Assembly: GCA_035519495.1 (NCBI GenBank)
Contig: DATIWE010000074.1
Coordinates: 12,323-76,322 of the forward strand
Direction: 5' to 3'
From: Actinomycetota bacterium
GTDB lineage: Bacteria; Actinomycetota; UBA4738; HRBIN12
Length of the DNA stretch: 64,000 nt
Shown here: positions 56,000 through 64,000 of the stretch, one piece after another
How positions within the stretch are numbered: the first letter of the stretch is position 1
How the letters are laid out: each line of letters opens with the position of its first letter
Translations under genes and position numbers: made by a program
The notes under the pieces: model-generated
Database searches by the model: none
Seen by the model: the letters and a program-made list of their open reading frames with translations, nothing else
What the model was told of the DNA's origin: nothing

Positions 56000-57439
56000 A
56001 TGGGAACCGCAACGACCACGCGGCCGGAACGTCGGGCCAGCCCACGCCCCGGGCACCGCACGGGGGGAGAACGCGCCGCGCTCGGCAAGGCGGCCCGGAC
56101 CGGGTCGCCTCGCTCGAGCCACGGGACCTGGGAGCCGGCCGCGGACCGTCCGGATCCGATCGCTCTGCTCGAGGGGCAAGCGGCGACGCGGCTGCCGGAG
56201 CTCGTGCCCATCCGCTACGGCCGCATGCTGGCGACGCCGTTCACGTTCTACCGCGGCGCCGCGGTGATCATGGCGGCGGATCTGGCGGCCACCCCCCGGT
56301 CGGGGATCACGACGCAGGTCTGCGGCGACGCTCACTTGTCGAACTTCGGCCTGTTCGGCTCGCCGGAGCGCGAGCTCGTGTTCGACATCAACGACTTCGA
56401 CGAGACGCTCCCAGGCCCCTGGGAGTGGGACGTCAAGCGGCTCGCGGCGAGCCTGTCGATCGCCGGGCGGAACAACGCGTTCACCGACGCGGAGCGCAGC
56501 GACATCCTGCTCGCGTCGTTGCGCGAGTACCGCGAGGCGATCTGGGAGTTCGCCGGGATGCGGAACCTCGACGTCTGGTACGCGCACCTGCAGATCAAGG
56601 AAGGCCTCCCGCGCGTCCGCGAGGCGCTCGACAAGAAGAACGTGAAGGCCGCGGAACGCATCGTCGAGAAGGCCAAGACCAAGGACAGCCTGCAGGCGTT
56701 CTCGAAGCTCACCCGGATCGTCGACGGGTCGCCCCGCATCATCAGCGATCCGCCCCTGCTCGTCCCGGTCGACGAGATCCTCTCGCCGGCGGAGGCGGAG
56801 CGGTTCCTCGGCAGCGCCCACGACCTGATCCGCTCCTACCGGCGGACGCTGCTCGGGGATCGCCGCCGGCTGCTCGAGGATTTCCGGTTCACGGACATGG
56901 CCCGCAAGGTCGTCGGGGTGGGGAGCGTCGGGACGCGGGCGTGGGTCATCCTGATGATGGGCAAGGACCAGGACGACCCGCTCTTCCTGCAGGCGAAGGA
57001 GGCGCAGGCCTCGGTGCTCGAGCCGTACGTGGGCGCCAGCCGGTACGCGAATGCGGGGCAGCGCGTCGTCGAGGGGCAGCGGTTCATGCAGGCGGCCAGC
57101 GACATCTTCCTGGGCTGGCAGCGGACCGCCGGGATCGACGGCGTCGAGCGCGACTTCTACATCCGCCAGCTCCGCGACTGGAAGGGCTCGTGGGCGCCGG
57201 AGTCGATGGTGCCGTCCGTGATGACGCTCTACGGGCGGATGTGCTGCCGGACCCTCGCGCGGGCGCACGCCCGCTCGGGCGACCGGATCGCGATCGCCTC
57301 CTACCTGGGCAAGAGCGACGTCTTCGACCGGGCGATCGCCGCGTTCGCGGAGCTCTACGCGGACCAGAACGAGAAGGACCACGCCGCCCTCGCGAAGGCG
57401 GTGCGCTCCCGGAAGATCAAGGCGACCACCGGCGTGTGA
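56000..57439 (+). CDS. DUF2252 domain protein (kinase-like), copy 3
   Basis: 479 aa. ATG after GAGGAGGA, 27 nt after the CYTH-CHAD stop. PFTFYRGAA, CGDAHLSNFG, VFDINDFDE, VVGVGSVGTRAW. Confidence 0.9.
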   Translation: MGTATTTRPERRASPRPGHRTGGERAALGKAARTGSPRSSHGTWEPAADRPDPIALLEGQAATRLPELVPIRYGRMLATPFTFYRGAAVIMAADLAATPRSGITTQVCGDAHLSNFGLFGSPERELVFDINDFDETLPGPWEWDVKRLAASLSIAGRNNAFTDAERSDILLASLREYREAIWEFAGMRNLDVWYAHLQIKEGLPRVREALDKKNVKAAERIVEKAKTKDSLQAFSKLTRIVDGSPRIISDPPLLVPVDEILSPAEAERFLGSAHDLIRSYRRTLLGDRRRLLEDFRFTDMARKVVGVGSVGTRAWVILMMGKDQDDPLFLQAKEAQASVLEPYVGASRYANAGQRVVEGQRFMQAASDIFLGWQRTAGIDGVERDFYIRQLRDWKGSWAPESMVPSVMTLYGRMCCRTLARAHARSGDRIAIASYLGKSDVFDRAIAAFAELYADQNEKDHAALAKAVRSRKIKATTGV

Positions 57440-57555
57440 ACCTCCGTGAAGGAGACCCGCGCTCTCGAGGCCGGGGAATCATCCGAACGGGAGGATGCGG
57501 GGCAAGGACCTTCGTCCCTACGGTGTGCGGGACCGTCGGACGGAGGAGGCTCGTC

Positions 57556-58026
57556 ATGGCAGGCGACGCGATCGAGCAGGAGCTCGAGGACATCGAGGCG
57601 ATGTTCGTGCAGGTCGCCCAGGAGGCGACCGTCGAGGGGGGCGTGCTCACGCTCCACGACGTCGGAGCTTCGACGCTCTACTTCTCCGATCGCCCGAAGC
57701 GGGTGGTCGGACACGTCACCTCGTCCCAGTTCGTGGACATGTGGGACGAAGGTGACAACAGCTTCAAGCAGGACCCCCCGAACGCCGTGCTCGCGTTCCT
57801 GGAGCCGGGCGAGGACATGCCGGACGACGTGGTCGTCGTGATCCGCGACCCGCGGATGGAAGGCGCGTCGATCACGTACCGGATCGAACCGCTCGAGGGA
57901 GAGCCGCCCGCGCACGCGAAGGGCGGCGTGACGCTGTTCATCGACCCGTTCGGACGCCCGCTCAGCCCGGTGTCGGCCGCCGGCATGCACCGGCGCGAGC
58001 GCCGCCGCGTGCGTCGTCGCGTCTGA
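57556..58026 (+). CDS. hypothetical 156-aa protein with Arg-rich C-terminal tail
   Basis: ATG after GGAGGAGG. High GC3. Ends HRRERRRVRRRV. No family recognised. Confidence 0.6.
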   Translation: MAGDAIEQELEDIEAMFVQVAQEATVEGGVLTLHDVGASTLYFSDRPKRVVGHVTSSQFVDMWDEGDNSFKQDPPNAVLAFLEPGEDMPDDVVVVIRDPRMEGASITYRIEPLEGEPPAHAKGGVTLFIDPFGRPLSPVSAAGMHRRERRRVRRRV

Positions 58027-58132
58027 TGGGACGCGCAACCCGGTTGGGTCAACGGCTGCGGCGTTCGCCGGCGCGATCCGGCCCGGGCGCATCGAGGCGC
58101 TCGAGGATGGCTGAGGACGGAAGGAGATCCAG

Positions 58133-58591
58133 ATGACGGATACCGAGATCGACGAGTTCGGACCTGTCGACTACGTCGTGGTCGAGTTCCCCGCGGGCAG
58201 CAGCAACTTCACGGGAGAGATGGCCAAGGAGCTGAGCTCGCTCGTGGAGCGGGGGCTCATCCGGGTCCTCGATCTCCTCGTCCTGGCGAAGGACGCCGAA
58301 GGCAACCTCGAGGCGTTCGAGATCGACGATCTCGACGAGATGGACGAGCTGAGGGCGCTCGAGGCGCAGGTGGCCGAGATCTTGGCCGAGGAAGACGTCG
58401 TCAACCTCGCCGCCGCGATGGACGACGGGAGCACGGCCGGCGTGATCGTCTGGGAGAACTCCTGGGCGGCGCCGTTCGCCTCAGCCGCGCGCCGCTCGGG
58501 CGGTCAGTTGATCGCGTCGGGCAGGATCCCGATCCAGGCGATCGTCGCATCGTTGGAGGCCGAAGAGGCCGCGATGGAGGAAGGAGACTGA
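58133..58591 (+). CDS. DUF6325 family protein, copy B
   Basis: 152 aa. ATG after GGAAGGAG. PVDYVVVEFPAGSSNFTGEMAKEL..GLIRVLDLLVLAKDAEGN. Confidence 0.7.
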   Translation: MTDTEIDEFGPVDYVVVEFPAGSSNFTGEMAKELSSLVERGLIRVLDLLVLAKDAEGNLEAFEIDDLDEMDELRALEAQVAEILAEEDVVNLAAAMDDGSTAGVIVWENSWAAPFASAARRSGGQLIASGRIPIQAIVASLEAEEAAMEEGD

Positions 58592-58592
58592 T

Positions 58593-58748
58593 ATGCCCCT
58601 CAGGCCAGCACGTGCCGCTCGACGCGGCGTGGTCGGTGCCCCGGTGGCCCGGACAGCGGCCGTCGTCGGGACCGCGGCGGTCGTTACGCACGGGGTCAAC
58701 CGTCGCACGGATCGTCGCGACGACCGCAGGGACCGACGTCGGATCTGA
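58593..58748 (+). CDS. 51-aa Gly/Ala/Arg-rich peptide, homologous to the N-terminus of the SHOCT protein
   Basis: ATG 1 nt after the DUF6325 stop. MPLRPARAARRGVVGAPVARTAAVVGTAAVVTHGVNRRTDRRDDRRDRRRI. Not in the ORF track (under 60 aa). Confidence 0.55.
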   Translation: MPLRPARAARRGVVGAPVARTAAVVGTAAVVTHGVNRRTDRRDDRRDRRRI

Positions 58749-58753
58749 CCGCG

Positions 58754-59422
58754 ATGGACGGCATGAGCGCCGCACCGCAGCCGAAGATCCTGATCGTGTA
58801 CTACTCGCTCACCAAGCAGACCGGTCGGGTCGCGGACGTGATGACGCAAGCTCTCGAGGCACGGGGCTACGAGGTCACGGAGGCGCTGATCGAGTTCACC
58901 GACGAACGATGGGTCCCGAAGCTGTCTCAGTTCCCGATGGAACGCCCGATCCCCCAGATCGGATCGATCCTGATGGCGCAGCTCCGCCACAAGACCGGCG
59001 AGATCCGGATCCCGCCGGGGGCGGCGACGGGTGACTACGACCTGGTGCTCATCGTGTCTCCCACGTGGTGGTTCCAAACGAGCATGCCGATCCGGTCATA
59101 CCTCGAGTCGCCGGCGGCCAAGAACGTCCTGAGCGGGAAGCCTTTCGCGTGCGCTTCGGTCTCCCGCCGCTACTTCAGCATCAACCTCGGCCAGCAGCGG
59201 AAGCTTGCGGAGAAGGACGGCGGGCGGTTCATCGACCACACGCACTTCGTGGTCGCGGGAGGGCAGGTCAAGTCGATGCTGTCGTGGCTCGGCTACATGA
59301 AGCACGGCGAGGCGCAGGCGCACGTGATGGGACTGAAGATGCCGCCGCCCAACCTCCAACCGAACTTCGAAGAGCAAGCGCGCGGCTTCGTCAATGACGT
59401 GATCGGTCGGGCGCTCACGTGA
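58754..59422 (+). CDS. flavodoxin-like fold protein
   Basis: 222 aa. KILIVYYSLTKQTGRVADVM and DLVLIVSPTWWF are typical of flavodoxin_4-type proteins. Confidence 0.55.
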   Translation: MDGMSAAPQPKILIVYYSLTKQTGRVADVMTQALEARGYEVTEALIEFTDERWVPKLSQFPMERPIPQIGSILMAQLRHKTGEIRIPPGAATGDYDLVLIVSPTWWFQTSMPIRSYLESPAAKNVLSGKPFACASVSRRYFSINLGQQRKLAEKDGGRFIDHTHFVVAGGQVKSMLSWLGYMKHGEAQAHVMGLKMPPPNLQPNFEEQARGFVNDVIGRALT

Positions 59423-59457
59423 CCGTCCGACGGACCGCTCCGGGCGGCGGGAGCCGG

Positions 59458-60336
59458 CTACTTCGGCTTGGGGAGACCGATGTCCTTGGCGACGGCGAGG
59501 TCCCTCGCGTGGTCCGTCAACGTCCGGGCCAGCACCGCCGTCTCCTTGGCGCCCTTGCCGGCGAGGTACCGGCTCTTCGGCTTGTCGGCCATGACCGCCT
59601 TCGCGACCTCCCGCGCGAGGACCTCCGCCGGGGCGGGATCGGCGGCGGTCTTCTCGACGAACCGGCGGATCGCCGCGATCTGGTCCGCGTAGAGCCGATA
59701 CCCGTCGTCACCCAGCCGCTCTGCGGATCCATCGAGTTCGGCGAGGGTCTTGCCGAAGATGGCGGTGTCCGTGGCACCCGGATCGATCAACGACACGGGG
59801 ATCTTCCACTGCCTGAGCTCGAGCCGGAGCGCGTCACTCAGCGCCTCCATCCCGAACTTGGAAGCGCTGTACGCGCCATGGATCGGCAGCGCCAACCGTC
59901 CGCCGATCGAGCCGACGTTGACGATCCGTCCGTGTCCTCGCCGGATCAACGGGAGGAACGCCTGGGTGACGGCGACCTGTCCGATCAGGTTGACCTCGAG
60001 CTGCATGCGCAGATCCTCGATCGGCTGGAACTCGATGGGTGCCGGCTTCACGATGCCCGCGTTATTCACGAGTGCGGCGAGGCCGCGCTTGCCGACGGCG
60101 TCCGAGACGGTCTCGGCGGCTGCCGCGATCGAGGCTCCATCGGTGATGTCGATCACGACGTGTATCAGCCGCCCCCTCGCTCGCGACTCGAGCGCCGCTC
60201 CATCTCCGGGGCGACGCACGCCCGCGAAGACACGGAACCCTTCCGCCGCGAGGCGCAACGCCGATGCCGCACCGATACCCGTCGACGTCCCCGTGATGAA
60301 CACGCCGCCGCGCGTGCTCGACGATCGGCCGCTCAT
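59458..60336 (-). CDS. SDR family oxidoreductase
   Basis: Start taken at MSGRSS. VFITGTSTGIGAA and catalytic YSASKFGMEAL. Confidence 0.85.
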   Translation of the reverse strand: MSGRSSSTRGGVFITGTSTGIGAASALRLAAEGFRVFAGVRRPGDGAALESRARGRLIHVVIDITDGASIAAAAETVSDAVGKRGLAALVNNAGIVKPAPIEFQPIEDLRMQLEVNLIGQVAVTQAFLPLIRRGHGRIVNVGSIGGRLALPIHGAYSASKFGMEALSDALRLELRQWKIPVSLIDPGATDTAIFGKTLAELDGSAERLGDDGYRLYADQIAAIRRFVEKTAADPAPAEVLAREVAKAVMADKPKSRYLAGKGAKETAVLARTLTDHARDLAVAKDIGLPKPK

Positions 60337-60444
60337 GTGTGCCCTCCCCTCGGACGGAGCGCCCACTATAGGCTCGCTTCTGTCACCCGACCGCGTTCCG
60401 AAGTGAACCGAGACAGGTAGTCACCGACCACGAGGAGGCGAACC

Positions 60445-62853
60445 ATGAGTGAACCCGATCGCAGCAGTCTCCCGATCCGCAGGGAGCCCTTCGCGGGCGT
60501 GGCCAACAAGACGCTCGACGGCTCCACGCCCGACTGGAACCTCATCGGCCACCCCACACCACCCGACGGCGCGCCCAACGTGCTGCTCGTCCTGATCGAC
60601 GACGCGGGCTTCGGGAACCCCAGCACCTTCGGTGGCCCGATCCAGACACCGAACTACACCCGCATCGCAGCCGAGGGCCTGCGGTACAACCGCTTCCACG
60701 TCACGGCCCTGTGCTCCCCGACACGTGCCGCACTGCTGACGGGTCGCAACAACCACGCGGTGGGGTTCGGCTCGGTCGGTGAGTTCGCCGGCGGGTTCCC
60801 CGGCTACTCGGCATCGCTGCCGAGGGACTGCGCGCCGCTCCCTCGGATCTTGCGCGACAACGGCTACAGCACGTCCGCGTTCGGCAAGTGGCACCTGACG
60901 CCCGACGGGCAGCAGGGGCCGGCGGGTCCGTTCGATCGGTGGCCCAACGGCTGGGGGTTCGACTACTTCTACGGCTTCCTGGCCGGCGACTCGGGGCAAT
61001 GGGATCCCTGTCTGATCGAGAACCAGAAGGTGATCGGAACCCCGGAGGGGTTCTACGACGAGGAAGACCCGTACTACTTCCCGGATGCGATGGCCGATCG
61101 GGCGATCGAGTGGCTCCACGGCGTTCGCGCCCAGGATGCCGACAAGCCGTTCTTCCTCTACTTCTCGACCGGCTGCAGCCACGCGCCGCACCACGTCGCG
61201 CAGGCCTGGGCCGACAGGTACCGAGGCGCGTTCGATCAAGGTTGGGACCGGCTCAGGGAGGAGACGTTCGCACGGCAGAAGGAGCTCGGCGTCGTACCTG
61301 CCGAGGCCGAGTTGACGCCCCGGGATGACGCCTTCCCCGCCTGGGAGGACGTTCCCGAGCAGCTGAAGGCGTTCTACGCGCGCCAGATGGAGGTGTACGC
61401 CGGCTTCTCGGAGAACGCCGATCACAACGTGGGACGCGTTCTCGATGCGATCGACGAGCTCGGCGAGCTAGACGACACCGTGGTCATCTGGATCTGGGGC
61501 GACAACGGGGCCAGCATGGAGGGCACCGTCACGGGGTCGTTCAACGAGATGACGATGCAGAACGGCATCCCGCTGACCGATGAGATGCAGCTCCAGCTGG
61601 CCGAGCGGTTCGGCGGCATGGACAAGTGGGGCGCGCAGATCATGGACCCCCACTACGGCGCGGCATGGGCTTGGGCGGGGAACACGCCGTTCAAGTGGGG
61701 CAAGCAGGTCGGCTCGCACCTCGGAGGCACGAGGAACCCGATGGTCGTGCGGTGGCCGGAACGGATCACGGATGCCGGCGCGCTACGCTCGCAGTTCGGC
61801 CACGTGATCGATGTCGCTCCCACGATCCTCGAGCTCGCTGGGATCCCGCAGCCGGAGACGGTCGACGGGATCGAGCAGGAGCCGATGCACGGGACCAGCT
61901 TCGCGGCCACGCTCGCCGCCGCCGACGCACCGGAGTTCCGGACGCAGCAGTACTTCGAAACGATCGGCAACCGAGGCATGTACAAGGACGGTTGGTGGCT
62001 CGCGATGAAGACCGAGCGGATCCCGTGGGTCGTCACGCCCGACGCCTTGAAGCCGTACGCGCCGGGGGTCTGGGATCCGGACGCCGGCCCTGCAGAGCTC
62101 TATTACCTGCCGGACGACTTCACGCAGGCGCACGACCTCGCTGCCGAACACCCGGACAAGGTGCAGGAGCTGAAGGATCTATTCTGGACGGAGGCTGAGA
62201 GGTACAAGGTGCTGCCGCTGCTGGCCACCCTGTCGACGTTCTTCGGCATCCTCCCCCCGATCGATCAGCAGACGACATTCGAGTTCCGGGGCGACGTGCA
62301 GAACGTCCTATCGGGGATGATCCCGAGGATCTACAACCACTCGTATGCCATCTCGGCGGACCTGGTGGTGCCGGAGGGCGGCGCCGAGGGCGTGATCGTC
62401 GCGGAGTCGGATCACCTCGGCGGGTTCACCCTCTACGTGAAGGACGGGAAGCTCACCCACACCTACTCGATGATGGGTGTGTTCGTGTTCAAGCAGGTCG
62501 CGGAGGAGGACCTTCCGACCGGTGAGATCACCGTGCGGATGGAGTTCGCAGCCGATGAGGCGAAGCCGGCGACGGGCGGGGAGGTCACGTTGTTCATCGA
62601 CGACCGACCCGTCGGGAAGGGCCGGATGGATCACACGGTGCCGATCCGGTTCTCCGCCTACGCGGGGATGGACATCGGCCGTGATAACGGCGGTGTCGTC
62701 GACCTCGCGTACGAAGACCGCAAGCCGTTCGCCTTCACGGGCACGGTGAAGAAGGTCGTGTTCGACATCAAGCCGCACCTGTCGGACCAGGACGAGCTCG
62801 ACATCCACGCGGAGGCACATCGCGGACACGCCGCGCATGCTCTGTCCGGCTAG
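60445..62853 (+). CDS. arylsulfatase (formylglycine-dependent sulfatase family)
   Basis: 802 aa. NVLLVLIDDAGFG and the FGly motif CSPTRAALLTGRN. GKWHL. Confidence 0.9.
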   Translation: MSEPDRSSLPIRREPFAGVANKTLDGSTPDWNLIGHPTPPDGAPNVLLVLIDDAGFGNPSTFGGPIQTPNYTRIAAEGLRYNRFHVTALCSPTRAALLTGRNNHAVGFGSVGEFAGGFPGYSASLPRDCAPLPRILRDNGYSTSAFGKWHLTPDGQQGPAGPFDRWPNGWGFDYFYGFLAGDSGQWDPCLIENQKVIGTPEGFYDEEDPYYFPDAMADRAIEWLHGVRAQDADKPFFLYFSTGCSHAPHHVAQAWADRYRGAFDQGWDRLREETFARQKELGVVPAEAELTPRDDAFPAWEDVPEQLKAFYARQMEVYAGFSENADHNVGRVLDAIDELGELDDTVVIWIWGDNGASMEGTVTGSFNEMTMQNGIPLTDEMQLQLAERFGGMDKWGAQIMDPHYGAAWAWAGNTPFKWGKQVGSHLGGTRNPMVVRWPERITDAGALRSQFGHVIDVAPTILELAGIPQPETVDGIEQEPMHGTSFAATLAAADAPEFRTQQYFETIGNRGMYKDGWWLAMKTERIPWVVTPDALKPYAPGVWDPDAGPAELYYLPDDFTQAHDLAAEHPDKVQELKDLFWTEAERYKVLPLLATLSTFFGILPPIDQQTTFEFRGDVQNVLSGMIPRIYNHSYAISADLVVPEGGAEGVIVAESDHLGGFTLYVKDGKLTHTYSMMGVFVFKQVAEEDLPTGEITVRMEFAADEAKPATGGEVTLFIDDRPVGKGRMDHTVPIRFSAYAGMDIGRDNGGVVDLAYEDRKPFAFTGTVKKVVFDIKPHLSDQDELDIHAEAHRGHAAHALSG

Positions 62854-62871
62854 GACCGAGGAGGGATCCCG

Positions 62872-63381
62872 ATGGCGAAAGACCCTACGGACGTGCTGAT
62901 CGGTGGCTACCTGTCATCGAAGGCCGCGCACGAGGATTACGAGGCCGTCCTGAACTGCGGCGCCGACGTGATGGGCGCCGTGGTGGTGAGCAAGGACCTC
63001 GAGGGCAACCTGTCCGTCGAGCAGACCGACCACATGGTCAAGGAAGGCGCGGAGGGACTGGCTGCGGTCGGGTTCGCGGTCGGACTCTTCGCGCCCCCGC
63101 TGCTGGCGGCGACGGCGATCGGTGCGGTCGTCGGCGCGGGCGCCGGGAAGGTGCTGCACAAGAAGTCCGGCAGCAAGATCGAGGAGCAGGCGGGCGAGAC
63201 GATCCCCCTCGGCGGTGCCGGGCTGATCGTCGCCTACAAGCACGCGAACGCAGACACGATCGAGCCGAGCGTCACCCGCGCCATCAAGAAGGTGGTCGGG
63301 GAAGCGGAGGGTCGACACGTCGAGGCGCTGAAGGGCGCGCTCGCGGACGCTCAACGGAAGATGACAGAGGAGGGGGCCTAG
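62872..63381 (+). CDS. DUF1269-like membrane protein, paralog of 8557..9090
   Basis: 169 aa. ATG after GAGGAGGG. AVVVSKDLEGNLSV and Gly-zipper AAVGFAVGLFAPPLLAATAIGAVVGAGAG. Confidence 0.6.
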   Translation: MAKDPTDVLIGGYLSSKAAHEDYEAVLNCGADVMGAVVVSKDLEGNLSVEQTDHMVKEGAEGLAAVGFAVGLFAPPLLAATAIGAVVGAGAGKVLHKKSGSKIEEQAGETIPLGGAGLIVAYKHANADTIEPSVTRAIKKVVGEAEGRHVEALKGALADAQRKMTEEGA

Positions 63382-63452
63382 CCACCGGACGGGCTCCGCG
63401 GAGCCACGACGGCCAACAACGCCGCCGGTATCTCGGCGTGCTGGGTCAAGAC

Positions 63453-64000
63453 ATGTGGAACCTGATCGTCGAGGAATCCCCCTACATGATCGCCGCCATG
63501 CTGGCGGCGCCGATCGTGCTTGTGCTGTCCGGTCTGATCGCCGGGAAGGCCGAGCGCCCGGTCCGGAGCACGTCGATCTTCGTCCTCGGGGCGGTGATCC
63601 TCGATCTGATCTTCGCCGCCGTGATCCTATGGCTGCTCCACGTGGTGGGGATCAGCTCCGAGGACAACATCTCCGCCTGGATCGACACGCTCCTCGGTGT
63701 GCTCTTCCTGGTGATCGGGATCAAGGCGGCGATCGATCGCCCGACCGAGGAGGAGAAGGCGACCCAGCGGGCGCGGATGGAGAAGATCGCGGCCGCGAAG
63801 GCAACGAGCCTCCTGCTCGCCGGCGTCCTCGTCCAGATCGTCAACGCCGACGCCCTGGCGGTGTTCGGCAGCGGGCTGAAAGAGATCGCGATCACCACGC
63901 CCTACCCGACCGCGGCGACGATCGTCGTCGTGGTCCTCGTGTTCCTGTTCGTGATGTTGGTCCCCTACCACCTGCCGATCTGGCTGTACGTGGCATCGCC
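63453..64000 (+). CDS. GAP family (Sap-like) membrane protein, 3-prime partial at window end
   Basis: Open frame from ATG 63453 to the window edge, so absent from the ORF track. MWNLIVEESPYMIAAMLAAPIVLVL... has several TM spans and high GC3. Confidence 0.55.
   Translation, partial: MWNLIVEESPYMIAAMLAAPIVLVLSGLIAGKAERPVRSTSIFVLGAVILDLIFAAVILWLLHVVGISSEDNISAWIDTLLGVLFLVIGIKAAIDRPTEEEKATQRARMEKIAAAKATSLLLAGVLVQIVNADALAVFGSGLKEIAITTPYPTAATIVVVVLVFLFVMLVPYHLPIWLYVAS

Noticed and set aside
54041-57382. 1113-aa ORF on the minus strand, the longest in the window
   Set aside because: It runs antisense across the aquaporin 5-prime end, the CYTH-CHAD gene and DUF2252 copy 3, including their intergenic gaps. 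The translation is Arg/Pro/Gly-rich low-complexity sequence with no family motif. Stop-free antisense frames are expected in DNA this GC-rich.
60382-60429. Direct repeat GTCACC(C)GACC x2 in the SDR/sulfatase divergent region
   Set aside because: It is a single imperfect 10/11-nt repeat, which could be an operator but is indistinguishable from chance here.
1-64000. Scan for CRISPR arrays, tRNA/rRNA genes, transposases, integrases, reverse transcriptases, restriction-modification or toxin-antitoxin pairs
   Set aside because: I saw no regularly spaced repeats, no tRNA-like T-arm or acceptor patterns, and no ORF with recombinase, transposase, RT or nuclease motifs. This by-eye inspection cannot exclude small or degenerate elements.

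Overview
Very GC-rich, actinobacterium-like chromosomal segment with G/C-dominated third codon positions and dense coding. I call about 75 CDS, two hairpin terminators and one promoter/operator region. I found no rRNA, tRNA, CRISPR array, transposase, integrase or obvious prophage. Because of the GC bias, the six-frame track is full of long antisense or out-of-frame ORFs. I chose genes by recognisable family motifs, GC3 and start/RBS context, and I adjusted many starts inward from the ORF-track starts.

Layout:
- 0-9 kb: miscellaneous metabolism. CPBP protease, FAD oxidoreductase, pirin, APH-type kinase, MFS, class I aldolase-like protein, and a GH4 glycosidase translationally coupled to tdh.
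- 9.2-20 kb: DeoR-associated sugar locus. GNAT, amidohydrolase, DeoR, SIS isomerase, ABC importer and two PfkB kinases.
- 21.4-23.9 kb: glcD-glcE.
- 23.9-37.4 kb: a 13.6 kb accessory block (LuxR, flavin monooxygenase, aminotransferase, cupins, VOC, hydrolase-methyltransferase-DUF2252, acyltransferase) that separates glcDE from glcF (37.5-38.8 kb).
- 38.8-49.7 kb: a form II coxSLM-type molybdoenzyme cluster with maturation genes (MoxR/CoxD, VWA/CoxE, XdhC, CoxG, MocA) and an embedded MscS. It is bracketed by three paralogous single-pass membrane proteins of unknown function.
- 49.7-64 kb: an island of small membrane or stress-type proteins of unknown function with striking paralogy (2x DUF2252, 2x DUF6325 cassettes, DUF7144, CYTH-CHAD, NIP-like aquaporin, a DUF1269-like protein whose paralog is at 8.6 kb, flavodoxin-like protein, arylsulfatase, partial GAP-family protein).

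The most interesting candidates are two:
- The co-directional block CYTH-CHAD / kinase-like DUF2252 / unknown / DUF6325 / Arg-rich peptide / flavodoxin-like at 54.4-59.4 kb.
- The triplicated Cys-pair membrane protein family around the cox cluster.

All family assignments come from motif recognition by eye. No database search was run.
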